A stretch of DNA of 64,000 nt, taken from assembly GCA_041664585.1 (NCBI GenBank), contig JBAYKL010000002.1, positions 88,328 through 152,327 of the forward strand. Reading direction: 5' to 3'. Source of the stretch: Minisyncoccota bacterium (GTDB taxonomy: Bacteria; Patescibacteriota; Minisyncoccia; Phycocordibacterales; GWA1-40-21). The notes under the pieces were generated by a model that had not been told where the DNA came from, searched no databases, and saw only the letters and a program-made list of their open reading frames with translations. Position 1 is the stretch's first letter, and every line of letters starts with the position of its first letter. Shown here in pieces: positions 1-8,302 of this stretch. The position numbers were made by a program, and so were the translations under genes.

Positions 1-1
1 T

Positions 2-394
2 AACACATTAAATTGGTATTCGAATTTAATTAAACCATCTTGGGCACCTCCAGCGTTTTTATTTGGACCAGTCTGGACTTTTTTATATATTCTAATAGTA
101 ATATCTTTTGGCAAAGTTTTTATCTTAGCTTTTCAGAAAAAAATTGGGTTATTAATTGTTTTACCTTTCATACTTAATCTAATCTTTAATCTTATTTTCT
201 CTCCGATACAATTTGGACTACAAAACAATATCCTCGCAGCTGTCGATATAGTGCTCGTTCTCATCACACTTATTTGGGCAATGATTGCCATATTTCCTGT
301 AGTCCCTTGGATTTCTTATATACAAATCCCCTATTTACTTTGGGTTTCTTTTGCAACCGTCTTACAGTTAACTGTTACTTACTTAAATTTATAA
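2..394 (+). CDS. TspO/MBR family tryptophan-rich sensory protein, C-terminal part; the 5' end is cut by the window edge
   Basis: Frame 2 is open from the window start to a TAA at 392-394. The translation ...KPSWAPPAFLFGPVWTFLYILIV...VVPWISYIQIPYLLWVSFATVLQL carries the TspO signature (KPSWxPP...FGPVWTxLY) and is Trp/Pro-rich and multi-helix hydrophobic. It is absent from the ORF track only because it lacks a start. Confidence 0.6.
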   Translation, partial: NTLNWYSNLIKPSWAPPAFLFGPVWTFLYILIVISFGKVFILAFQKKIGLLIVLPFILNLIFNLIFSPIQFGLQNNILAAVDIVLVLITLIWAMIAIFPVVPWISYIQIPYLLWVSFATVLQLTVTYLNL

Positions 395-396
395 AA

Positions 397-425
397 TAAA
401 AAAACCGCTATACAGCGGTTTTTTA
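397..425. terminator. bidirectional rho-independent terminator between the convergent TspO and SPFH genes
   Basis: Hairpin ACCGCT-atac-AGCGGT (404-419) with an A-run on the left and a T-run on the right. Confidence 0.7.
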
Positions 426-427
426 TT

Positions 428-1165
428 TTATTTCTTACCAAAACCTTCTAAAGCTTTTAGTGCTTCTATAGGGACCATATACACCACCGTATTGCTTTGG
501 TCTGAAGACATATCATTTATCGACTGAAGAGTTCTTAAATGAAGCGCTCCTGGTGTAGCAGCGAGCATCTCTGCTGCTTTTGCAATATTTTGTGATGCTG
601 CTAATTCTCCTTCTGAGTTTATAATAACGGCTCTCTTCTCTCTTTCTGCTTCCGCTTGTTTACCAATAGTTCTTTCCATTTCAGCGGGTAAGCTTACATC
701 CTTAAGCTCAACATTTTGAACTTTCAATCCCCAAGCGTCTGTTTCTTTATCTACAATCTCTCTTATTCTATCTGCTATCTTATCTCTACTTGAAAGTAAT
801 TCATCTAAGGTAACCTCTCCAACAATATTTCTCATTGTTGTTTGAGCATATTGTGATATAGCGTACCTAAAATCTTCTACCTCTATGATAGCTTTGTTTG
901 CATCACTAACCTTATAGTAAATAACGGCGTTAACCCTAACAGTAACATTATCTCTTGTGATAGCGTTCTGATCAGGAACATCCACAGCCTTTGTTCTTAC
1001 ATCGACCCTTTGAAAATTTTGAAAGATAGGCCAAACAATTCTCCAACCTGGTTGCATGATAGAGGTAAATTTACCTAAAGTAAATTTAACCCCTCTTTCA
1101 TATTGGTTAATTTGTCTGATACTAGAAATTACCAGAATCACTACTAAAACAAAAACTGTATACAT
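428..1165 (-). CDS. SPFH/band-7 (stomatin/prohibitin-like) membrane protein
   Basis: 245 aa with an N-terminal TM helix followed by an SPFH core (YERGVKFTLGKF...RDNVTVRVNAVIYYKV...NIVGEVTLDELLSSRDKI...) and a coiled-coil tail rich in EAEREKRA. Confidence 0.85.
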   Translation of the reverse strand: MYTVFVLVVILVISSIRQINQYERGVKFTLGKFTSIMQPGWRIVWPIFQNFQRVDVRTKAVDVPDQNAITRDNVTVRVNAVIYYKVSDANKAIIEVEDFRYAISQYAQTTMRNIVGEVTLDELLSSRDKIADRIREIVDKETDAWGLKVQNVELKDVSLPAEMERTIGKQAEAEREKRAVIINSEGELAASQNIAKAAEMLAATPGALHLRTLQSINDMSSDQSNTVVYMVPIEALKALEGFGKK

Positions 1166-1255
1166 AATAAAAATTAATTAACTATTAATATAACCATTAT
1201 AACGCATAATTATTATATTAAAAACTAAATAATCTTTATGATATAATTCATGTAA

Positions 1256-1744
1256 ATGAGGGAGGAATTGAAAAAAGATCATTATTTTGGGCTGATATTC
1301 AAGCTAGGAATGTACTGGCGTATTATATACGCCATATTCAAATTTGTTTTTGGGATAATTTTATTAAAATTTATAAATAGTAATTTTACAGACCTCTTCT
1401 ACCAAGTAATGGGGCATGAAATTATAGAAGACAAGAATGATATTTTTATAAAGGCTATCAAATCGATTTTTGATAATCACACATTTTACGTAACATATTT
1501 TGTGTCTATTTATTTCATATTCTGGGGATTCGTAGACGCTTTTCTTTCATTTAATCTACTAAAACTAAAGTTGTGGTCATATCCAGTATCTTTAACACTC
1601 ATTACAATCTTTACTTTATATGAGATATATAGGTTTACCCATACCCATTCTGTGGTCTTATTATCTATAATCCTCATAGACATATTTTTAATTTGGATTA
1701 TATTTAAAGAGTACAAGAAATTAAAAATAATTAAAAATATATGA
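1256..1744 (+). CDS. hypothetical polytopic membrane protein, first gene of the cyt-b5/NOX operon
   Basis: 162 aa and very hydrophobic, with about four TM segments. Its stop overlaps the ATG of the next gene (ATGA at 1741). An in-frame TTG just after a GAGGGAGG SD (about 1268) is an alternative start. Confidence 0.5.
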   Translation: MREELKKDHYFGLIFKLGMYWRIIYAIFKFVFGIILLKFINSNFTDLFYQVMGHEIIEDKNDIFIKAIKSIFDNHTFYVTYFVSIYFIFWGFVDAFLSFNLLKLKLWSYPVSLTLITIFTLYEIYRFTHTHSVVLLSIILIDIFLIWIIFKEYKKLKIIKNI

Positions 1745-2097
1745 AAAAAACTATAATATGGACAGTGATCGTTGTGTTGGTCGGTGGAGTAATTTTATTT
1801 TCGTTTATAAAAAAAGACCAAACTCCAATAGTGATTAATAGCTCTTCAACACAGGCAGCAACTACGGGAAATGCGTCTTACACTATATCAGACATATCCC
1901 AACACAATACGCAATCAAGCTGCTGGACTGCGATTGATGGAAAAGTCTATGACATAACAAAACTCATCTCTTCTCATCCAGCCGGGGTTAATAAAATAAT
2001 GAAAGGATGCGGAATAGACGCAACAAATATTTTCAATAACGTTGGTGCCCACAATATCTCAAAAGTATCAAAATCTTTCGTCGGTGTATTAAAATAA
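1741..2097 (+). CDS. membrane-anchored cytochrome b5-like heme-binding domain protein
   Basis: N-terminal signal/TM anchor (MKKTIIWTVIVVLVGGVILF), a Ser/Thr-rich linker, then ISQHNTQSSCWTAIDGKVYDITKLISSHPAG...NVGAHN. This aligns with the cyt b5 core (HNxxxDCWxxIxGKVYDVTxFxxxHPGG...VGHS), and both axial His positions are present. Confidence 0.7.
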   Translation: MKKTIIWTVIVVLVGGVILFSFIKKDQTPIVINSSSTQAATTGNASYTISDISQHNTQSSCWTAIDGKVYDITKLISSHPAGVNKIMKGCGIDATNIFNNVGAHNISKVSKSFVGVLK

Positions 2098-2101
2098 ATA
2101 A

Positions 2102-3385
2102 ATGAAAAAAGTATTTTTGAACTCAATTCTGGTTATTAACCTCTGCCTTATTCTATATTTTTGGTCTACAAATTCTAACTATTTAATAACAGGAAATGAT
2201 CCTGGGGGCTTTTTAATTGCTCTGGGTAGGCTTGCAGGGCTTCTTACAGAATTACTGATCATCACCCAACTATTCTTGATCAGTCGTTTTTCTTTTATAG
2301 AAAAAGAGTATGGTTTTGATAAGCTGGTAGGAATACATAAAAAAGTTGGAATGTTTATTGGGGTATTCATAATAAGTCATCCGTTACTTCTTACAATCGG
2401 CTATGCCAAAATAAATAATGTAAGTTTCATAAAACAATTTATAAACTTCCAAACAAACTGGGAAGAAGTTTTTAGTGCAACCATTGCAGCAATAATTATT
2501 ATTTTGATTGCAATCATTTCTATTAAAAAGATTAGAAATAAGATTCCATACGAAGTATGGTATTTATCTCACCTACCTATATACTTCGCTATAGCTATAG
2601 CTTTTGAACACCAAATACAGACTGGAGATATGTCTCAAGGTGGCGCGATGTTCTACTGGTATTTAATAAACCTTTTGACCATAAGCATACTTATTTCCTA
2701 TAGATTTATAAAGCCACTTTATTTATTTCTTAACCATCAATTTGTTGTGGAAAAAATAATAAAAGAAAATCATAATGTCTATTCTATATATCTAACTGGT
2801 AGAAATATGAAAAAATATAAATTCCAAAGTGGACAATATGCAACTTTAATTTTTATGCAAAAAAACATGTGGTTCCACCATCCATTTTCTTTCTCTGACA
2901 CAAAAAACGGAAGAAATTTACGTTTTTCAATTAAATCTTCTGGAGATTTTACTTCCAAGATAGAAAAAATTAACGTTGGTACTCGTGTTTGGATGGACGG
3001 GCCATTGGGTACGTTTACTTTAGATAAATCTGTTAAAAAAAAGTTTCTATTTATTGCTGGTGGTATTGGTATTACTCCCATTTTATCGATATTAAAATCA
3101 ATTCCTAATAACAAAGACTCTATTTTAATGTACTCAAACAAAACACAATCTGACATAATATTTCATGAAGAAATTAATAGAAATGTTCTAAAAACCTATT
3201 ACTTTAATACGAATGAAACTGGTGAAAGAATAAATATAGGGAAAATAAAAGAGATATGTCCCGATTACAAGGATAGAGATATCTATATATGCGGACCAGT
3301 ACAGATGAAAGATTCTATAGTAAAAGAGCTAAGAAGCAACAATCTGACAGCTAAACAAATTCATTTCGAAAAATTTGACTACTAA
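2102..3385 (+). CDS. NOX/FRE-family flavocytochrome: ferric-reductase-like transmembrane domain plus FAD- and NAD(P)-binding domains
   Basis: Six-TM N-terminal half with bis-histidine pairs (HKKVGMFIGVFIISH and HLPIYFAIAIAFEH, spaced 13-14 residues). HPFSFS is the FAD-binding HPF(T/S) motif. FIAGGIGITP is the NAD(P) GGxGxxP motif, and the C-terminus has CGP. Confidence 0.85.
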   Translation: MKKVFLNSILVINLCLILYFWSTNSNYLITGNDPGGFLIALGRLAGLLTELLIITQLFLISRFSFIEKEYGFDKLVGIHKKVGMFIGVFIISHPLLLTIGYAKINNVSFIKQFINFQTNWEEVFSATIAAIIIILIAIISIKKIRNKIPYEVWYLSHLPIYFAIAIAFEHQIQTGDMSQGGAMFYWYLINLLTISILISYRFIKPLYLFLNHQFVVEKIIKENHNVYSIYLTGRNMKKYKFQSGQYATLIFMQKNMWFHHPFSFSDTKNGRNLRFSIKSSGDFTSKIEKINVGTRVWMDGPLGTFTLDKSVKKKFLFIAGGIGITPILSILKSIPNNKDSILMYSNKTQSDIIFHEEINRNVLKTYYFNTNETGERINIGKIKEICPDYKDRDIYICGPVQMKDSIVKELRSNNLTAKQIHFEKFDY

Positions 3386-3416
3386 AAAAGCCCCCGTATT
3401 ATCGGAGGCTTTTTTA
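3385..3416. terminator. probable bidirectional terminator after the NOX operon
   Basis: AAAAAA-GCCCCCG-tattat-CGGAGGC-TTTTTT. The stem has one mismatch, with an A-run before and a T-run after. Confidence 0.5.
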
Positions 3417-3427
3417 CTTCATCAATC

Positions 3428-3649
3428 CTACAAACTCTGTATGTCTTTATTTACATTATTAAACTCATTATCTAGATTACCAAAATTAATGGCGTCTAAA
3501 TCATTTTTTACGTCTGTTACCGCATCTATATATACTGGCTGCTGTTTAACTACAGCTTTCTTTTCTGGTGAATTCATTAATGTAATTGCTGCGACAACAA
3601 CTAACAAAACTATAATGATTGAGACAATAATAATTATATTTTTTTTCAT
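3428..3649 (-). CDS. small exported or membrane-anchored hypothetical protein
   Basis: 73 aa with an N-terminal hydrophobic signal/anchor (IIIIVSIIIVLLVVVAAITL). It lies 13 nt downstream of the 3662..4534 gene on the same strand. It is preferred over the overlapping + strand ORF 3375..3665, which is low complexity. Confidence 0.4.
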   Translation of the reverse strand: MKKNIIIIVSIIIVLLVVVAAITLMNSPEKKAVVKQQPVYIDAVTDVKNDLDAINFGNLDNEFNNVNKDIQSL

Positions 3650-3661
3650 ATATTTATATTA

Positions 3662-4534
3662 TTAATTAGTAGATGATTCCGTAGATGTAGCAACTTGTAA
3701 AACTTTTATATTTTCTGCTCCTGGGATATCTCCAAATATTTCCGCTACCTCTTTTATAGATTCGTGAGCTGCCTTTGCAAGATCTCTAACTTCACCCAAA
3801 TCCTTTTCCAAAAGCTGTTTTGTTATACCAGTATCACTCTTTAATGTCTCTTCTGTTTTAACAGCAATCGTATATACCTTAGCGGTCTGCGCAACAATTG
3901 CCTCTCTTGCTTTAGTGAGGGCTGCGTTTGCTTTAGTGATCGCTTCTTTAAGTAAAGCGACCTCTCCATTCTGGAGGGCAATCACATCGGCCCTTGAAGA
4001 AATCTTTTGTAAAATTACTTCTTCTTTTGTCAAAATATTTGTAAGATTTGCGAGAACCTTTGAATTGATTTGTTGAAATTGATCCCCAACTTTAATGGCA
4101 ATCTGTTGTTTCTTTTCATCTTTTACAACCTTTAACTTTTCTGAAAGCTCAACTCTCTTTTTAGCTATAAGGTCTTTTACTTCTGCTTTTTTATCTGAGA
4201 CCTCTTTTCTAAATTCTTCTCTATTCTTTTCTATTTCTTTCTTGGCTTCATCTCTCTTTTGTACAAACTCTTTTCTGGATTCTTCGGTTTTCCTTTTTAA
4301 TTCATCCTGTTGTATTTTTCTATCAGCAGTGGAACTGGATCTGATATTTTTAATATCATCACGAACTTCATTTTTAATAAGCCCTCTAGTAGTAGAAGCA
4401 ATAGTTTTGACATCTTTTATTTCTTGTCTGATGGGAAAATTCTTTTTAACAGCTGCGTCTTCAGCAAGAGTAACTGTTGCCACAAGAGCAAAACAAGCTA
4501 TTACTCCTCCTAATAAAATTAGATCTCTTTTCAT
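3662..4534 (-). CDS. secreted or anchored coiled-coil protein, K/E-rich
   Basis: 290 aa with an N-terminal signal/TM segment, then long charged heptad-like stretches (KKEIEKNREEFRKEVSDKKAEVKDLIAKKRVELSEKLK). No enzymatic motif was found. Confidence 0.55.
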   Translation of the reverse strand: MKRDLILLGGVIACFALVATVTLAEDAAVKKNFPIRQEIKDVKTIASTTRGLIKNEVRDDIKNIRSSSTADRKIQQDELKRKTEESRKEFVQKRDEAKKEIEKNREEFRKEVSDKKAEVKDLIAKKRVELSEKLKVVKDEKKQQIAIKVGDQFQQINSKVLANLTNILTKEEVILQKISSRADVIALQNGEVALLKEAITKANAALTKAREAIVAQTAKVYTIAVKTEETLKSDTGITKQLLEKDLGEVRDLAKAAHESIKEVAEIFGDIPGAENIKVLQVATSTESSTN

Positions 4535-4912
4535 TTTTTTAAATTTAAAACTTATAAAACTGACCTTGTTAATGTAATTATATCACATATATTTTACGAA
4601 AAAAGAATATTTTTGTTTATAACAAAAAAACTATCTTTTTACTGTATATAATAAGAGATTTTTAATATGACATATAAATTATACATAAAATAAAGACCCA
4701 TGTAAACAAATTGACTTTAAAAAAATACAAATTATACTTATATTCATAAGGTTAGTTTGCACAAAATTTGTTTTCAGAAGTTAAGAAAAATTCGCTTCTA
4801 TAAATAAAGAAAAAGAATTATTCTTAATCATTTGGAAACAAGTTTTAAAACACCCGGGGTCGGATGTTTTTTAATGTGTTTTTGGGATTTATTATTAGTT
4901 TTAATATTTTTT

Positions 4913-7615
4913 ATGAGTACAACAAATAAAAAGGGGGTGGCTGGTAAAAAACCAGCTGCAAAAAAACAAAAGTATGTTTATGCTTTTGAAGAAGGAAATA
5001 AGAGCATGAAAGAAATACTCGGAGGTAAGGGTGCAAACCTAGCAGAAATGATGGGTTTGGGAATAAATGTCCCTCCTGGTTTTACTGTCACTACAGAATC
5101 TTGTAGACTTTACTATGAAGAAGGCAAGAAAATAAATGACGAAGTAAAAAAGCAAATAGACGCAAATCTTATTAGTCTAGAAAAGAAAATGGGAAAGAAG
5201 CTTGGAGATGCAAACGATCCCCTTCTTGTTTCTGTTCGTTCTGGAGCAGCAGCATCTATGCCTGGTATGATGGACACCATCTTAAACCTTGGTTTAAATG
5301 ATAAATCTGTTTTGGGTCTTGCAGAAAAAACAGGTAATGCTCGTTTCGCTTGGGATTCTTACAGAAGGCTCATTCAAATGTTTGGAAGTGTTGTTATGGA
5401 AGTTGAGCATTCAGACTTTGAACACATCTTGGAATCTGTAAAGGATACAAAAGGTGCAAAAATAGATACAGACCTTACAGCAGAAGACCTAGAAGAAATT
5501 GTTACAAAATACAAGAACAAAATTAAAGAAGTAAAAGGTATTGGCTTCCCTCAAGATCCTATAAAACAAATGTATATGGCGATAAATGCTGTATTTAATT
5601 CTTGGAACAATTACAGAGCTATCAGATATAGAGAAATAAATAGCATCAAGGGTCTTATTGGTACTGGAATAAATATACAAGCGATGGTATTCGGAAATCT
5701 TGGAGAAGATTCTGGAACTGGTGTTTGCTTCACAAGAAATCCTTCCACTGGAGAAGCAAAATTCTATGGTGAATATCTTATGAACGCACAAGGAGAAGAT
5801 GTTGTTGCTGGTATTAGAACCCCATTATCTGTCTCTACCCTATCAAAGCAAAACCCAAAGATATATAAGGAGCTTGTAACTGTTTGTAACAAAGTTGAAA
5901 AACATTACAAAGATATGCAAGATATGGAATTTACAATTGAAAAAGGTAAGCTCTATATTCTACAAGCAAGAAATGGTAAAAGAACAGCTGCTGCTTCCGT
6001 AAGAATCGCAGTTGATATGGTGAAAGAAAAACTCATCACTCTTGATGCAGCAATTCTCAGAATTGATCCAAATCAATTAAACCAACTTCTACACAAACAA
6101 CTCGATCCTATAGCAAGAGACAGAGCAGAAGTTATCGCTCAAGGTCTTCCTGCATCTCCTGGTGCCGCTGTTGGAGAAATTGTATTTACAGCATCAGAAG
6201 CTTTTGAAAAAGCTAAATCTGGTCTAGACGTAATACTTGTTCGTACAGAAACATCACCAGAAGATATCGATGGTATGCACTCAGCAAAGGGTATTCTTAC
6301 AGCCAGAGGAGGTATGACATCTCACGCTGCTGTTGTTGCTCGTGGTATGGGCACTTGTTGTGTCGCTGGATGTTCAGATTTAATCATAGATGAAAAAGCA
6401 AAAACACTTACAATAAAGAGCAAAAGCCTCACAATAAAAGGAGGAGAATTTATCTCTTTAGACGGTTCAACAGGAAAAGTTTATGCTGGTAAATTAGGAA
6501 CTCAAGATCCTTCGCTTTCAGGAAACTTCGGCACTCTTATGACTTGGGCTGATAAATTTAGAAAGTTAAGTATCAGAACAAACGCAGACACTCCACATGA
6601 TGCAGACGTTGCTAGAAAATTCGGCGCAGAAGGTATTGGTCTATGTAGAACAGAACACATGTTCTTCGAAGGAGAAAGAATTAAAGCGATTAGAGAAATG
6701 ATTCTTTCATCCGATCTAGAAAGCAGGAAGAAAGCTCTAGCAAAAATTGCTCCATATCAAAAAGGAGATTTCGCAGGATTATTCAGAGCTATGGATGGAT
6801 ATTCTGTAACAATCAGACTTCTAGATGCTCCTCTTCATGAATTCTTACCAAAAGAAAAGAAAGATATTGAAGAGATTTCAAAAGAGATGAATGTTGATGT
6901 AAAAACTCTAAATGCAAAAATAGAAGATTTACACGAATTCAACCCAATGCTTGGACACAGAGGTTGTAGACTTGCTATCACTTACCCTGAAATTTACGAC
7001 ATGCAAGCAACAGCAATTATTGATGCTGCAATAGAATGTGTAAAAGGAGTCGGTGGTAAAAAAGTAAAATCTGTTAAACCAGAAATTATGATCCCTATTG
7101 TTGCAACAACAAAAGAATATACTATTTTGAAAGATAGAATAGTAAATATTGTTGAGGCAAAAATAAAAGCTGCAAAAGTAAAAATAGATTACAAAGTTGG
7201 TACGATGATTGAAGTTCCGAGAGCCGCTCTTATAGCTGATAAGCTTGTAGAAGCTGGTGCAGAATTCTTCTCATTTGGTACAAATGATCTTACACAAATG
7301 GGTGCTGGACTTTCAAGAGATGACGCCGGTAAGTTCCTCAAGGAATACGTCGCTCAAGATATCTTCGCTTATGACCCATTCGAAGTATTAGATCAGGAAG
7401 GTATTGGTGAACTTATAAGAATTGCTGTTAAGAAAGGAAGAGGCGTTAAGAAAGATTTGAAGATTGGTATTTGTGGAGAACACGGCGGAGAACCAAAAAC
7501 CGTCGAATTCTGTCACAGAGAAGGCCTCACGTACGTATCTTGCTCACCTTTCAGAGTTCCGATTGCAAGACTTGCCGCAGCACAAGCTGTTGTAAGAGAA
7601 AAATCAAAGAAATAG
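4913..7615 (+). CDS. ppdK: pyruvate, phosphate dikinase
   Basis: KYVYAFEEGNKSMKEILGGKGANLAEM matches the PPDK N-terminus. It also has the central phospho-His domain (GGMTSHAAVVARGMGTCCV) and the C-terminal PEP-utilising TIM barrel (NDLTQMGAGLSRDD). The track ORF begins at 4832, but the first 27 residues are hydrophobic junk, so the start is assigned to the ATG at 4913 (MSTTNKKGVAGKKPAAKKQKYVYAF). Confidence 0.93.
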   Translation: MSTTNKKGVAGKKPAAKKQKYVYAFEEGNKSMKEILGGKGANLAEMMGLGINVPPGFTVTTESCRLYYEEGKKINDEVKKQIDANLISLEKKMGKKLGDANDPLLVSVRSGAAASMPGMMDTILNLGLNDKSVLGLAEKTGNARFAWDSYRRLIQMFGSVVMEVEHSDFEHILESVKDTKGAKIDTDLTAEDLEEIVTKYKNKIKEVKGIGFPQDPIKQMYMAINAVFNSWNNYRAIRYREINSIKGLIGTGINIQAMVFGNLGEDSGTGVCFTRNPSTGEAKFYGEYLMNAQGEDVVAGIRTPLSVSTLSKQNPKIYKELVTVCNKVEKHYKDMQDMEFTIEKGKLYILQARNGKRTAAASVRIAVDMVKEKLITLDAAILRIDPNQLNQLLHKQLDPIARDRAEVIAQGLPASPGAAVGEIVFTASEAFEKAKSGLDVILVRTETSPEDIDGMHSAKGILTARGGMTSHAAVVARGMGTCCVAGCSDLIIDEKAKTLTIKSKSLTIKGGEFISLDGSTGKVYAGKLGTQDPSLSGNFGTLMTWADKFRKLSIRTNADTPHDADVARKFGAEGIGLCRTEHMFFEGERIKAIREMILSSDLESRKKALAKIAPYQKGDFAGLFRAMDGYSVTIRLLDAPLHEFLPKEKKDIEEISKEMNVDVKTLNAKIEDLHEFNPMLGHRGCRLAITYPEIYDMQATAIIDAAIECVKGVGGKKVKSVKPEIMIPIVATTKEYTILKDRIVNIVEAKIKAAKVKIDYKVGTMIEVPRAALIADKLVEAGAEFFSFGTNDLTQMGAGLSRDDAGKFLKEYVAQDIFAYDPFEVLDQEGIGELIRIAVKKGRGVKKDLKIGICGEHGGEPKTVEFCHREGLTYVSCSPFRVPIARLAAAQAVVREKSKK

Positions 7616-7624
7616 TCAGACATT

Positions 7625-7655
7625 AAAAAACTGCCCAAATTTGGGCAGTTTTTTG
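7625..7655 (+). terminator. rho-independent terminator of ppdK
   Basis: CTGCCCA-aatt-TGGGCAG followed by TTTTTT. Confidence 0.8.
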
Positions 7656-7671
7656 ATTATTTAATCACATA

Positions 7672-7700
7672 TTGACAAAAAGACGACAAAGAGTTAGTAT
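7672..7700 (+). promoter_or_regulatory. sigma-70-like promoter (TTGACA, 17-nt spacer, TAGTAT) driving the structured RNA
   Basis: TTGACA at 7672-7677 and TAGTAT at 7695-7700. No ORF with an SD follows. A GC-enriched structured segment follows instead. Confidence 0.55.
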
Positions 7701-7705
7701 TATAA

Positions 7706-7890
7706 GTGGAGCTGTGATATTTCTGTTCTGTGGGATCAGGTCCTTAGTCTCCACCGGCAAAACCTACCGGTTGAAACCCTCGTTACCTGTCCTCTGTACG
7801 GAGAACCTGCGGACAAGATATCACAGCTCCACCCACTTTGTTCTTTTGTCGGACTTTCACCCGTTGCTACTTACTGCAGCGGGTTTTTTA
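7706..7890 (+). ncRNA. candidate structured non-coding RNA of unassigned class (a riboswitch-like leader cannot be excluded)
   Basis: A perfect 15-bp closing helix (GTGGAGCTGTGATAT 7706-7720 with ATATCACAGCTCCAC 7818-7832) encloses a multi-stem core. Sub-helices include ACCGG-caaaaccta-CCGGT and TCTCC/GGAGA, and a CGGCAAAACC segment. A 20-nt linker and an intrinsic terminator follow (CCCGTTGC-tacttact-GCAGCGGG-TTTTTT, 7860-7889). GC content is locally elevated relative to the flanks. Confidence 0.45.
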
Positions 7891-7941
7891 TTTCCCAAAA
7901 AGAGTTATAATTAACCCGTTATTAGTTAATATCATAAAATT

Positions 7942-8220
7942 ATGGGATTATTTTGGACAGATGCAAAACCAAGGGTTACAGAGATTGAATTTCATAAAGT
8001 AAGAGCGGAACTTGCTGGGGATAATTTTACTGAAAAAGAAAGAGATCGAATCGAAGAAATATTTCGTGCAGATTTATATGAAGAAAAAGAGAAAGATAAA
8101 GGAATAGATGAACAAGAAATAGACAAAGGAGTTGCTTGGATGAGAGAACACGTAAGCGAACATCATATATCACTAGAAAAGATAGATATTCTGGAAAAAA
8201 AGCTAAAAGCTAGACTATAA
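7942..8220 (+). CDS. hypothetical acidic protein
   Basis: 92 aa, E/K-rich (EKERDRIEEIFRADLYEEKEKDKGIDEQEIDKG), with no recognisable motif. It is followed by its own terminator. Confidence 0.45.
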   Translation: MGLFWTDAKPRVTEIEFHKVRAELAGDNFTEKERDRIEEIFRADLYEEKEKDKGIDEQEIDKGVAWMREHVSEHHISLEKIDILEKKLKARL

Positions 8221-8227
8221 ATATCAC

Positions 8228-8260
8228 AAAAAGGACCTCTTTATAAGAGGTCCTTTTTGT
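8228..8260 (+). terminator. rho-independent terminator
   Basis: AGGACCTCTT-tat-AAGAGGTCCT followed by TTTTT. Confidence 0.8.
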
Positions 8261-8302
8261 GATATGCTCTTTGCGGATAAGTAAACCAGGAAGGAGAATA
8301 AT

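Noticed and set aside
3375-3665. 96-aa + strand ORF overlapping the 3428..3649 minus-strand ORF
   Set aside because: It begins inside the NOX stop and terminator, and is low complexity (poly-I/F at its end). The antisense ORF has a proper signal-anchor. Both are low confidence, so the minus one was kept.
4095-4577. Plus-strand ORFs 4095..4577 and 4310..4513
   Set aside because: They are antisense to the K/E-rich coiled-coil gene. Such AT-rich, lysine-codon-rich genes always yield long antisense Phe/Ser-rich ORFs.
5489-5791. Numerous 60-160-aa antisense or off-frame ORFs inside ppdK, dnaE, gyrB, pheT, rpsB, gatB, eno, secA and the O-antigen ligase gene (for example 5489..5791, 17121..17309, 26395..26710, 30944..31189, 35947..36441, 42251..42610, 48799..49158, 50962..51341, 55528..55960, 56254..56523)
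   Set aside because: They lie wholly inside strongly supported conserved genes. Their composition is typical of antisense artefacts, and none has an RBS or independent signal.
7672-7914. 80-aa + strand ORF (MTKRRQRVSIISGAV...)
   Set aside because: It starts inside the -35 box, spans the helical RNA element and runs through the intrinsic terminator. It has no SD and its composition is not protein-like. It is interpreted as RNA, not CDS.
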